64,000 bases of DNA from Gekko japonicus (lineage: Eukaryota), in contig NW_015169799.1 in NCBI RefSeq assembly GCF_001447785.1, positions 124,001 through 188,000 on the forward strand, in the 5' to 3' direction. Positions 37,487 to 48,736 of this stretch are shown here, piece by piece; position 1 is the stretch's first letter, and each line of letters begins with the position of its first letter. Below the pieces are notes generated by a model. That model made no database searches. It was not told where the DNA came from and saw nothing but the letters and a program-made list of their open reading frames with translations. Position numbers and translations under genes: made by a program.

Positions 37487-37609
37487 GTTCGTGGGAATAA
37501 AGGCGAGGTGCTTTATGATTTAGATGCCAGCAACCCGAGGCATTCTAACTGGCTGCGGTTTGTGCATGAAGCGCCATCCCAGGAACAGAAGAACCTGGCA
37601 GCCATCCAG
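37487..37609 (+). CDS. PRDM5: PRDM5 coding exon 3 ([41 protein letters not shown])
   Basis: Acceptor tttcag|G, donor CAG|gtaaaa; 123 nt; PR-domain SNWLRFV motif. Confidence 0.97.
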
Positions 37610-38387
37610 GTAAAAATGGGTTGAATTCTTATTAAGCTACTTTACAGGATGCAACCTTATTTGCTGTTTATCTTATGCTAGTAAACAGCAAATGGGTTAA
37701 AAGACATAAAGCTTGTGACTGTTTGGACAATATTGCAAATATTTCTCACATAGTTCCTAAGATACTTCTCACTCAAGAGAAATGGGAAGTGGAAACTAGC
37801 CAGCTGTATTATTTATGTAAACAGGTTCAATACACTATTTAAACTAGATAGCCAAAGCATAAGTAACATTTTGTCGTCACTACGATAGAGGAATGATGTC
37901 ATACATGAAATAGGAATCAGGATCGTGGTTGTAGATGTTTTTTAAAACTGATCTGTCTTTCCTTGTTCTGATTGGAGGTCTTGTATTGTATTAAGCAAGA
38001 AGGAAATGCAAAGTTGCCTTTACAGTGTCTTTGGAACCTTGAGGTTTCAAAGGATGTGGGATGGAGGAAGGCAGAGCTGTATTTCCTTGTATAAACACTG
38101 ATTCTCCCTCCCCATCTTCTTCTCAGCCTCGTGGGGCACTTAAGATCTCATGTTAAGTTGGGTGAATGGGAAATGTCCCTATCAGCTGACTACGACAGAG
38201 TAAGAAGTGTTAATTTTATTAGTGATATCGGGCCAGAAAAATTGCAACGAAAAACCACAGCTCTGCTGTTCCTGCAGAGATCTCAAAACTGGGAAAAGGA
38301 CGCTTCCCCTTTTCACCCCTCCCCCACTACTTCCTTCACTGTGCAGTGGGAGGCACAGGAATATTGTGGTTCTCCAACTAGAATGAA

Positions 38388-38518
38388 GATACCTGAACAA
38401 GTGAGCAGTGACTCATGAAATCTCCTACCCTACCACAAATTTTGTTAGTCTTTAAGGTGCTACTGGACTCTTGCTCTTTTTTGCTGCTACAGACAGACTA
38501 ACACGGCTATCCATCTTA
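38388..38518 (+). mobile_element. Penelope-like terminal repeat (decayed hammerhead)
   Basis: CTGAACA A GTGAG cagtga CTCAT GAAA TCTC CTAC followed by tttgttagtctttaaggtgctactggactc. Confidence 0.65.
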
Positions 38519-39720
38519 TAGTTTTGCATGTAATATTCAAAACATCTTAATTTAGAATGTTAAGAGAAAGCCATGGCTTCAAGACATGCAAGCACATACA
38601 CACACTAACACAAAAACACCCACACAAAAATCCAGTTGGATCCAACCTTTTATGAACAACTTCCAAAGCAGGAAAATGTTTGATCAAAATTGCAGTACTG
38701 CGAGAATGAACTGCTTGATGTAAACTCTTGTATAACATACATTGCAGTCCTAAGGAGACTTCCACTCATCTAAGTGAATTGGAATCAACAAAGGCTTAGT
38801 AGTGCAATTATGATTAATGTCACACAATATTGTCATTCAGTAATTTATTTGCAAATTTTCATCAGTGTGACAGCAGTGAAAAACAAAAACTTCCATCTTT
38901 GCTCCTGTCAATCAACACATAAAATCTACAGCTCATCTCAGTGCTTCAAGCCTAGAGTTGGAAAGGTTAACAGTGTTTCCCCTGTATTGATTTCAAATAG
39001 TTTTAGGTTGCCAAGAAACTGCCTTTTTGAACAACCAAAAAAATTCTGGCTTTGTACTTAAAAATTCTGGCTTTGTACTTATCTGTTTGCCAGTTGTGTG
39101 TGTGTAAGTTTAAAAAATACCCTCGTGTCTGGCAGTGACTACTGTGTGGTTAAGGACCCTTGGTTGTTAATGTCAAAACTCTTTATAAACAGAATCACAG
39201 CCAAATCTTTACAGTCAAACACTCTGTTCATTAACCACCAGACATTCTGGTGGTCTGGACAAGCTCAGCAAACTAGAATAATGAAATGGCAAAGGTTAAT
39301 GGGAAAGGAGGTATTTACTGTGATGCAGTAGAGTAGTTTAAAGTCATACTTAACAAATGTAATAATGGAAGATTAGTATTTGAGAATCAGTCAACACTAC
39401 AATAAATATGGTGCAACTGGTCTGTCTCTCAGCTGAAAAGACTGAAGGGAATTGTGGTAGGGAGGGAGAGGGCAGCAAGCCAAGAGAAAAGCAAGGACAA
39501 ATGGGGCTTATGTGGCTTGATACATTTACATATTATAGAGCCATTTGGTATTGGTTTTTTCATTAGATTGTGGGTTAGATACATAGTTGAGTGTACTGGA
39601 TATTTAAGATATTTCATTTTTTTAATATTGGACATTTATCATTTGTACTAGTATGGTGAGAATACCATAGCTAACCATTTTTTTCTGAAACAAATTGCCT
39701 TTGATATGATTAGGCTTTTA

Positions 39721-40046
39721 AGTAAATGTAAAGGTTTCCCTTGCTCGAAAGCTAGTCGAATCTGACTCAAGGGGGCGGTGCTCATCTCCGTTTCCAAGCT
39801 GAAGAACCAGCGATGTCCAAAGAGGTTTCTGTGGTCATGTGACCAGCATAACTAAATGCCAAGGTGCACAGAACGCTGTTACGTTTCCACCAAAGCGGTA
39901 CCTATTTATCTACTTGCTAGGTTGGCAGGAGCTGGGGCCAGAGACGGGAGTTCACTCCGTCATGCGGCACTAGGGTCTCGAACTGCTGAACTACAGACCT
40001 TCCGGTCTGCAGCTCAGCGTCTTAACCTCTAAGACACCGCAGCCCT
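39721..40046 (-). mobile_element. Sauria SINE
   Basis: Reverse complement of the same family; 14-bp TSD tgattaggctttta at 39707-39720 and 40047-40060. Confidence 0.9.
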
Positions 40047-40809
40047 TGATTAGGCTTTTACCAGGGTCAAATAGCTCTCTTGACTGCTATAATGTTAAAA
40101 CTGAACAATTTAGAGATGTTTGAATGATTTGTTGGTAGTGCTGCCCAACCTTGAATGGGCAGTAATGGACCTGAACTGTCCAGGATGTGTTTGATACATC
40201 AGTTTTTCCAAATATTTTATTCTAGCATGACAGTTTGGGAAGTTTGCCCTTGTAAAAAGAATTCCAATTTGCTAATGCTAAAATGTGTCTACTGGTAAGT
40301 TCTCAAAGTTCAGAACATGGTATCAACACATTTTAAAATGTAGTTTTTTTCCCTCAAAATATAAATTAGTATTGGAATTCTGGTGGTTTTTTTGAGAATG
40401 TTAAATATATTCTGTGTGGTGTAGTGCTTAGCAACTGGACTAGGACCTAAGTTCCAATCCCTACTCTACCATGAAGCTCCTTGGGTGATTTCCGGCTACT
40501 TATCACACCTCTCCCTCACACAGTTGTGAAAATAAATAGAGGAGAGGAGATCTTCTCATAGGAAGAGCAGTAGCTGCTTTTATAAAATGCTGCAATCAAG
40601 ATTCACTTTTACTTAAAGGCTCTGGACAAAAAAAGGCAAAAAAGCTTGAGTAAGGGGAAGGCAGGGAAAGATGGACTCTGACACTTTCTGATGGATCCAG
40701 CCCAACTAATCAACTGCATTTAAGACTAAAAGAAAAAAAATCAGGATGAGTTTTTAAAAAGGCAAACCATCATCTGTGTGTAGGAGTAATTTTTTGCTCT
40801 CATCCTCAG

Positions 40810-41042
40810 ACTTCGAAATCCTACATTCTTGTGGCCCTTTCTTACATGACCAGGGAAATGCTGATTGCCACTTTGGGGTCAGTTCGGCCAGGGATCATGG
40901 AGGTTTTTTGTCATCTTCTGGGCGTGGAACAGCAGTCACCGTGGGTGTGGAGGGGGAGGTATTAGTGAATGTTCTGCCTTGTGCAGGGGGTTGATGACTC
41001 TGGAGATCCCTTCCAACTGTATGATTCTATGATTTTATGATT
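40810..41042 (+). mobile_element. CR1 3' end
   Basis: ccttccaactgtatgattctatgatt tandem tail. Confidence 0.75.
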
Positions 41043-41157
41043 GTAGGTATTCTTGCCTTCTATAATTATCATCAGTGTCCAAAAAGAAAGGATCTGGTAA
41101 ATTCTGTTGATAATTAGTCTGTTATTGCAATAATTGATAAAAGTAAGTTATTGCAGA

Positions 41158-42648
41158 CTAGCAGTAAAGCCCGTTGTGGAAATAAATACAATGGGATCTA
41201 GAAAGAGGCTCTGGGGGAGTGCTCTGGCTTTGGGCAAACAGTGTCATTTTGCTGTGGTGACCTCAGCAGGGTATAATGGCAGAGTCCACTGTTTTCTCCA
41301 GAGGAACTGATCTCTGCTCCCTGAAGAGCAGTTGTAATTTTGAGTGATCTGTAGCCCTCACCTGGAAATTGGCAACAATTGTTACCCAGGACGAAATGGC
41401 TGGTTTGGAGGTTGGAATCTATGGCATTCTACCTGTCTGATGTCCCACCCCTCCGCAAACCCCACCCTCTCCAGGCTCCACCCATCAAATCCCCAGGAAT
41501 TTGCCAGCCTGGAGTTGGCAACCCCATCTCCTTCGCAACTAACCATCAACCTACCATTATCTGCCCCTTTGACTTCAGCTGACTTCCGCCCTCCCTTCTG
41601 CAGAGCAATTGTAATTTTGAGTGGTCTCCAGCCCTCACCTGGAGATTGGCAACAATGGTTACCCATGAGGGACTGAGTGGTTTGGAGGGTGGAGTCTATG
41701 GCATTGTACCTGTCTGAGGTCCCACCCCTCCTCAAACCTCACCCTCTTTCAGGCTCCATCCCTCAAATCTCCAGGAATTTCCCATCGGGAGTTGGCAACC
41801 CTATCAGGATTGGCCCCAATATGTTTTCTCCCAAAGGGCAAAGTAGGTGACTGGACCAAACTTAGTTGCCTACCAACAGGCACTGAGGGGAAAGTAGGGT
41901 TGCCAGCTATAAGGAGGGAAATACCTGGAGTTTTGGGGGGTGGATTCTGTAGAGGGCAGCATGGGGGGGGCGGGGGCGGAAGGACTCAGCAGGTATAATG
42001 TCATAGGGTCTACCCTCCAAAGCAGCCATTTTCTCCAGGGGAAACTGATCTCTGTCATCTGGAGATCAATTGTAGCAGTGGGAGATCTCCAGGTCCCACC
42101 TGGAGATTGGCAACCCTAGGGGAAAGTCAGCTGCACAGCAGGGGGTTGAAGAGAATGGTTTGATGGGTGCTGGGCCAAGATTGGCAACAATAGTTCCCCA
42201 GGAGCAAATAGCTGGGTTGGAGGGTGGAGTCTATGGCACTGTAACCTGTCTGAGGTCCCCATCTCCCCAGGCAGCTTTTAAAACATGATCCTGGGACCTA
42301 CACACCACCAGACATTCCAACTGCCTTGCCGGGAGGGGGGGGAGTATGAGGTGTGGAATGGAGTGAAGTCCAATCAGCTTCCATATGCAAAAGACCTTGA
42401 AGGTTCCATATGCAACTGACATTCCAACTGCCTTGCGGGGAGGGGGGTGAGTTTGAGGTGTGGAATGCAGTGAAGTCCAATCAGCTTCCATATGCAAAAG
42501 TCCTTGAACTGCTGGGCGGGACTGCACAAAGCAGCCAGTCAACCCAGCCAGCGTCTTCTGAGTGGCAGTTCTTCCGGCCTAACACTAAAGGCGGGCATTT
42601 TAGAATGTTCATATAGAATGTTCTTACTCAATTATATATAAGGAGAGA
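41158..42648 (-). mobile_element. Non-autonomous Helitron with captured MITE fragments
   Basis: Minus strand: A|TCTCTCCTTATATATAAT 5' end; 3' hairpin cccattgt-n10-acaacggg then ctttactgCTAG|T; no TSD. Confidence 0.72.
42311..42509. repeat. Tandem duplication (period 107) inside the Helitron
   Basis: gacattccaactgccttgc...ccaatcagcttccatatgcaaaag at 42311 and 42418. Confidence 0.85.
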
Positions 42649-42954
42649 TATGAAAGGTGTGCTGTGTCATTACATTGCATATGTTACAAAATGCTATAAA
42701 AAGAAGAATATGCTATCGAGTCACAATGATAGCTATCCCATCCATGGCTACTCATGGCTACCCCATGGGCATTCCAGGCAAGAGATGAGCAGAGGTGGTT
42801 TGCTATTGACTTCCTCTGCATACCAACTCCTGATTTCCTTGGCGGTCTTCCATCCAAGTATTGACCCCATGGCCAACCTGCCTTAAGCTGCCAAGCTCTG
42901 ATGAGCCTGGGCTAAGCTGGGCTATTTAAACTGCCTCAAAATGCTATAAACCAG

Positions 42955-43160
42955 TGAGAATCAGTGGTAGAACATCTGATTTGCATCTAGAGAGTTTCTC
43001 AGGTTCAATGCCAGGCATCTCTAATTAAAAAGATCATGCATTAGCTGATGTGAATGACCTCTTTCTGATATCTTGGAGAACTGCTGCCCATCAGAAATAG
43101 ACAGTACTGGTTTCAACAGAGCAATGGTCTAATTCAGCATAAGCCAGCTTCATATTCTCA
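42955..43160 (+). mobile_element. tRNA-derived SINE (Squam2-like), decayed
   Basis: tcagtggtagaacatctg..ttgcat...caggttcaatgccaggcatctc head; ataagccagcttcatat tail. Confidence 0.6.
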
Positions 43161-43937
43161 AGAGAAAATGGGAATGTAACTGTTTGGAATCAGTGTTGCC
43201 TGGATTCTCAGGGGAAAAAAATAGAGAGTACAACCACCATGGAAGCCTTCTGAAAAATAATGCCCAGTATTTATCTTTAAAGAAATAAGAATCTGTGTAA
43301 TCCTGAAACCAACAGTGAGGCTCCTTACATAAGCCTGCCTGTGACCGTCATTTGGTTTCTCCTTCCCAAAGCTGCTTCCTGAAGTGGCCTTTCCATCTGG
43401 TCATTATGAAAATTCTGTAAGTCATTTAAGAGTAGTGCCCACATTTGTTTTCCCCCCTCTTCCCTTTCTGTCTCCTGGTCATTTGTTGTTGTTTGTATTA
43501 TATAGGTGTTATTTTGAATTGTAAACAACCTTGAATGCAATGGTGGAAATGTATAAAAATTTGGAGTCTACCATCACAATGTTTCTAGCTTGGCTAGTCT
43601 GAGAGAGAATGATTGCCCCAAGGTCACCCCTGGCTAACTGGGTAATTGGGTGTCCCTGATCCTAGTCCAACCACTATACCACATTATCTATGCCATGATC
43701 AATTTTATTTACATCTGAACAACAGCACAAATTGAACATTGTCAAGCTGGAGTATTTTGTGCATATGTTCTTAGAAAACATAGAGACAAATTGTTTCATA
43801 AGTGGGAACATATCGAAAAAAAACAAGTGTCATATAATTTGATTTAATTTACATTTAGATTGTAAATTAAAATATCTGAGAACATTCAACTGTACCATAA
43901 GAGGAAACAGGAACTCCTTATTTTTGTTATATGTTAT

Positions 43938-44495
43938 ATGGCCAGGGTCCAACATACCTGAGGGACCACCTTTCCCCATATATACCCCAGTGAGTACTAC
44001 GGTCGGGGTCATAACATCGACTGACCATCCCAGGCCCTAAGGACGCCAGGCTCGCTGCCACCAGGGCCAGGGCCTTTTCATTGGTGGCTCCATACTGGTG
44101 GAATGAGCTCCCAGAAGACAACAGGGCCCTGTGGGATCTTTTACAGTTCCGCAGGGCCTGCAAGATGGAGCTCTTCCACCAGGCTTTCAATTAAGAGCCG
44201 CCACACCACTACCACCACCATCTGTGGTTATGAGTTGGCTCTAGCCTGGGGCTGAGCCACACCATTGCATGATGCTGAAAGATCACTGACTTGGAAATAA
44301 TTGCTTGTACATTACCTGGTATGCCATCTTAATTCTTGAAAAATAATTACTATCACTAGAACTTTGATTATTTGATTGTTAAATTTTTAAAATGTTTTAA
44401 CTTTTGTATATGGTTTTATGGTACTGGATACCGACAAATGTAAGCTGCCCTGAGCCTGTTCAGTGTATACAGTGTATAAATGGAATAAATAAATA
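43938..44495 (+). mobile_element. L2 3' end
   Basis: RALWDLLQFRRACKMELFHQAF, tgtaagctgccctgagcc, (taaa)n. Confidence 0.85.
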
Positions 44496-44856
44496 ACCAG
44501 TTTTTCCATAGTGATAAAAGGAGGCTGGAGTGCCCTTTGGCCTCCACCCTAAGCTATCCTGTGGGTCATGAGGCCAGAAGCAGTAAAAGCCATGTGAGAT
44601 GAGAGCTGTAATAAGGAGTGGGATTGGGCAAGATTGAGTGAAAAAGCTGGATGGATCCAACCCGCAATCTTGAGAAAATACATAACTAGCTTTCTTTTCC
44701 TTTTCCGTTATTGATGTAAGTGCAAAAACCTGGTCAGTCCTTTAAGACTGATTTTTTTCCTGCTATGTAAAGAAGTTACTTTAATACGCTAATGTATATT
44801 TAAACTTTAGATTTACAATATCCCCTGCTGGCAGTTTAAATAAATCTTTGCAATAT

Positions 44857-44945
44857 TAAGAACATAAGAGAAGCCATGTTGGATCAGGCCAATGGCCCAT
44901 CCAGTCCAACACTCTGTGTCACAAAGTGGCGAAAAACCAGGTGCA
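44857..44945 (-). mobile_element. CR1-type 3' terminal fragment
   Basis: taagaacataagagaagccatgttggatcaggccaatggcccatccagtccaac, the reverse complement of a (cttatgtt)n CR1 terminus. Confidence 0.65.
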
Positions 44946-45800
44946 AATTGAAAATCATTATCTTGTCCTTATGTCACGAAGTCTGCCAAAAATATATATG
45001 CCTATGTACACTGTAAGTAAGGTTCAATTAACCGTACTGGATGTTAATCAGATAAGCATGACAATTGATGACAGAACTTAGCAGTCTTTACTAGGAAAAT
45101 GCAATACTCCTTTCTTTTTCTTGTGTTAACACCCAAAGCACTTGGCTGGTATCCTGGTCCCCTCCCTATATTGCATTACCAAGTGAATATTGACTTATAC
45201 ACTCTGCTGTAAATCTGTTCTCAGAGAGGGGAGAAACAAAGTTTTGGTAGCTTCAGTAAAACTGTTTTGGTGCACAGACCAATGCTATGCCCTAGAGCAT
45301 TACTGCCATAGCTAGTTGATATCTTATGCAAGTCAGTATCCTATCTCAATAGAAAAAAGAAATCCCAAACCAGAGGCAATTCTAAGGGAATGAAAACACA
45401 GCAACTTCTCTGGAATCCATAGTGACATACAGAGAGACATTCCAATAACTCTCTATGCCAACCACTGAGGGAAGCAGCCAACCAATGTAAACTGATGGTG
45501 TCACATATCCCTGACAGTGCCCTGCTCCCTCCCACACAAACAGAACAAGGGAAGGAACAAAGGCACAGTGTAGAATTGGGGCATGCCAGCTTGTTGTAAC
45601 TACCACATTCCTGGGATCTCCACAGATGGAGGTTGATATCCCCCTCCTGGAAAAAGATTCCATGCTTTTGAGAAACAGTTTGTATACAAAGCACAAATTA
45701 CCTTGATCATGGAGGCTTTCCTGCTAGCTCTGGATTGTTTTGCAATAAAGTACCATGTTTTTCTAAAATTGCTGTCGAATCTCTTTGTTTTCTGCATTAG

Positions 45801-45953
45801 GAAGGAGAAAACATTTTCTATCTAGCTGTTGAGGATATTGAAACAGACACGGAACTGCTAATTGGTTACCTTGACAGTGACATGGAAGAATTAGAGGAAG
45901 AAGAGGAGGATGTGATTATTAACCAGGAAGAAGATGACAACAACAACAACAAT

Positions 45954-45984
<31 letters not shown>

Positions 45985-46032
45985 GCAATAACAGCAGCCA
46001 GAATAAGGAACTGCAACCAAGCTGTGAAAAAG
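45801..46032 (+). CDS. PRDM5: PRDM5 coding exon 4 ([27 protein letters not shown]...acidic stretch, N15, SNNSS...CEK)
   Basis: Acceptor cattag|G, donor AAAG|gtaaag; 232 nt, ends phase 1. End of PR domain (ELLIGY) plus linker. Confidence 0.95.
45939..45983 (+). repeat. Coding (AAC)n trinucleotide repeat, poly-Asn x15
   Basis: (AAC)4 AAT (AAC)10 in frame within exon 4. Confidence 0.97.
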
Positions 46033-46354
46033 GTAAAGACAAGTAACAGAAGTAATCCATATATCTCTGTGTAAAACAATCATTTCTTAAATCAAGTAAA
46101 ATAAAAGGTCCGTTAGGGTTAACTAGTTGAATGGTGAGATATTGTCCATTGCCTGTTATTTGACCAGTGCAGATATTCCAGGAAGCCAAGAATGCTTATT
46201 TCATTACGTTGTCAGGATCAATTTCATTAAAAACAGTATTTTTTCCTTAACAGTTACTGTTACTTTGCTATTTTTTATGTTTTAATATGACTTATTAAAA
46301 CTTTTGTAACTGTTGGCAGTCTCTGACATTGCAGGATAAAAGCCAATGAGAAGA

Positions 46355-46440
46355 GCTGTTCAGTGGATAGTTCCCATTATTAAAAAGTTATTCATTGCTG
46401 TTCAGTGGATAGTTCCCATTATTAAAAAGTTATTCATTGC
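46355..46440. repeat. Perfect 42-bp tandem duplication
   Basis: gctgttcagtggatagttcccattattaaaaagttattcatt x2. Confidence 0.95.
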
Positions 46441-47144
46441 AATTTTAAAAAAACTTAACTGCATTGTTTTGTAATAATTTTGCTAATTTTCTTTGGGCAA
46501 GAAGCACAAACTTTTGCTTATGAACTATATGCCTAAGTGTATGAAGTCCACAGTCATAGTTTTCATATCTCACATTTGTTCCTTTGCAAGTCAGTGAGAC
46601 TATATTAGACTTCCTGCCGTGGTAAGTTCAAAATTACCAGCGATCATGTGACTCTGATTCTGCCCTTACAAATTGCTGATCAATTCCACTTGCCTATGCT
46701 AAAACAATCCAGAGAAAGAGGTTGCACAGAAATTAGCATAGTCTGATAGGGCTTCTTCATAAATCACACTGAATGCATGTACAATCCACGTACAGTACAC
46801 ACCTGATTTTTCTTTATATATGAGTTAAGTAATTCTCATGTTACATTCAGGGCATGTACAGCAAAACATGAGGTTTAAAGCCCACATTTATCTAGGTACT
46901 AATCCCTGGTTTCATTTGTAACGTGAACTCAGGTAAGGCTGTGTCCATACATTTACTGTGATACACAAACAGGGCTTCTGTTTTTGGGCATCAAATTTAA
47001 TGTGTGGTATAGTGGTTAGAGTGCAAGACTAGAATCAGGAAGACCTGGATTCAGATTATGTATTTTATAAAAATTGTGTACTTTCAGAGGATGTTATCAT
47101 GAGGAAATATTTCAATTCTTTCTTAAATTTTTATTGCCATATAG

Positions 47145-47319
47145 TTCCTGTTAATTGCAAAGAGGACCATGCTTGCCCCAACTGTGAATCCAGTTTTGCC
47201 AGCCAAGAAATCCTTGCTGAACATCTTCAAACATTGCACCAAAAACCCAGTGAGGAAAAGGAATTTAAATGCAGGAACTGTGGGAAGAAATTCCCAGTTA
47301 AGCAAGCTTTGCAGAGACA
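47145..47319 (+). CDS. PRDM5: PRDM5 coding exon 5 (C2H2 finger CPNC...HLQTLH and start of CRNC finger)
   Basis: Acceptor atag|TT, donor CA|gtaagt; 175 nt; frame continuous with exon 4. Confidence 0.96.
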
Positions 47320-47910
47320 GTAAGTGAATATCATTGTAAACAATAAAATGAGATCACTCAAGTCATATAAGAATGATGAATTATGCTGAGGTCAATGGGT
47401 GTACTGTTAAGCATTCATAGGGACTGCAAACGTTATATTTCAGTTTATTGCACTATTACCAGAACGTCATTACATGAGGGGGAACTGTTTCCTAGCAGTG
47501 CTAGAAGTATATGATGAAGTTCCAACAAAAAGAAACTTCATGAAGCTTTAAAAAAATGACAAAAGTCTTTTCCACTTCAAGTGGCTACATTTTGAATTGG
47601 AATTAAAATTGGTTGGGCTCTCTGTCTTGCTGTTCAAGCAAATCACGTGTGCTTAGGTGGGAAGGCACAAAAAGAATAGTGTTCAGTTTGATTCCAGGAT
47701 CCTTTGTGATTTCTTATGGGATGACAGAGTACAGCTCCCAGACAGATTTGCAGAATGCCTTATGGCAGCCCTAGATGAGGCAAATCTTCTGTTCTTCAAA
47801 AAATACATTCTGAATTAATCAGCTAGATTTGTGTCCAGTAGCACGTTAGAGACCAACAAGATTTTTGGAGTATAAGCTTCTGAGAGTCAAAGCTCCCTCC
47901 CTTTGTCAGA

Positions 47911-48068
47911 TGTAGCAGGAACTCCTTTGCATATTAGGCGACACACCCCTAATGTACCCAATCCTCTAAGAGCTTACAGAGCTCTTCTTACAGGGGCTAC
48001 TGTAAGCTGTTGGAGGATTGGCTACATTAGGGGTGTGTCGCCTAATATGCAAAGGAGTTCCTGCTACA
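47911..48068. mobile_element. Palindromic MITE core within a Penelope-like repeat pair (47820-48130)
   Basis: Perfect 46-bp inverted repeat 47911-47956 / 48023-48068, extending inward about 22 bp with few mismatches. Confidence 0.8.
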
Positions 48069-48249
48069 AAAAGATCCCTAAAATCTTGTTGATCTCTAAG
48101 GCGCCACTGACCAAAATCTAGGTGTTCTACAGAAGGGAATTACCCTCTGAAACTATCTGAATGCATCAGTGTTTGCAGGAGGACAGCCAAATCCTGAAAA
48201 TCAAATGGATAACATTTGTCTTATATTTTCTCCTGTCTTTTGCCAAAAG

Positions 48250-48342
48250 CGTTCTTCAGTGCACAGAAAATGTCGATCCGGGTGAACATCTGAGAAGTTT
48301 TCAGTGTTCCGTTTGCAGTACACCCTTCAGCTCAGAATCGAG
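48250..48342 (+). CDS. PRDM5: PRDM5 coding exon 6 (HVLQCTENVDPGEHLRSFQCSVCSTPFSSES)
   Basis: Acceptor aaaag|C, weak donor AG|gttcca; 93 nt, phase 2-2; matches recalled HVLQC...RSFQCSVC of PRDM5. Confidence 0.88.
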
Positions 48343-48614
48343 GTTCCAAGTCAGAATTATTGGACTACTCTCGTCCTGCTGCTGGCCTCCTTTGCATGCT
48401 TGCTTGCTTTCAAGTTTTATTTTCCATTGCGACCCCTCAGTGTGCAAGATGAGAAATGCTTTTATTTCTACCTGCTGTAAGCTATGCATGAAGCGACCCC
48501 AGAAGCGACCCCAGAAGCATGCGTTAAGTGCACTCAAAATGCCTGCCAAGCAGCTGATGTTTACTAGCTATTTCTTGATGTATTATTTTCCCTTCTCCAA
48601 CTATCCAACATCAG

Positions 48615-48736
48615 CTATGAGCAGCACAAAGAAGCGTGCCGAGGAGATGCCAGGTTCGTATGCAAGGCTGATAGCTGTGGGAAGAGGTTCAAGAGTAAGG
48701 ATGCCCTGAAGAAGCACAAGGAAAATGTTCACACCG
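48615..48736 (+). CDS. PRDM5: PRDM5 coding exon 7 ([40 protein letters not shown])
   Basis: Acceptor atcag|C, donor CCG|gtaagg; 122 nt; C2H2 finger. Confidence 0.96.

Noticed and set aside
45866-46189. Minus-strand ORFs with poly-Leu or poly-Val resembling transmembrane peptides
   Set aside because: Antisense readings of the exon 4 (AAC)n repeat.
46746-46976. Possible old MITE
   Set aside because: Only weak inverted similarity, with no convincing TIR or TSD.
48343-48355. Alternative exon 6 donor at 48350 (aa|gtcaga)
   Set aside because: Would give a 100-nt exon and shift the frame of exon 7.
48161-48709. 182-aa ORF as a single-exon gene
   Set aside because: It is exon 6 read through intron 6 into a wrong frame of exon 7.
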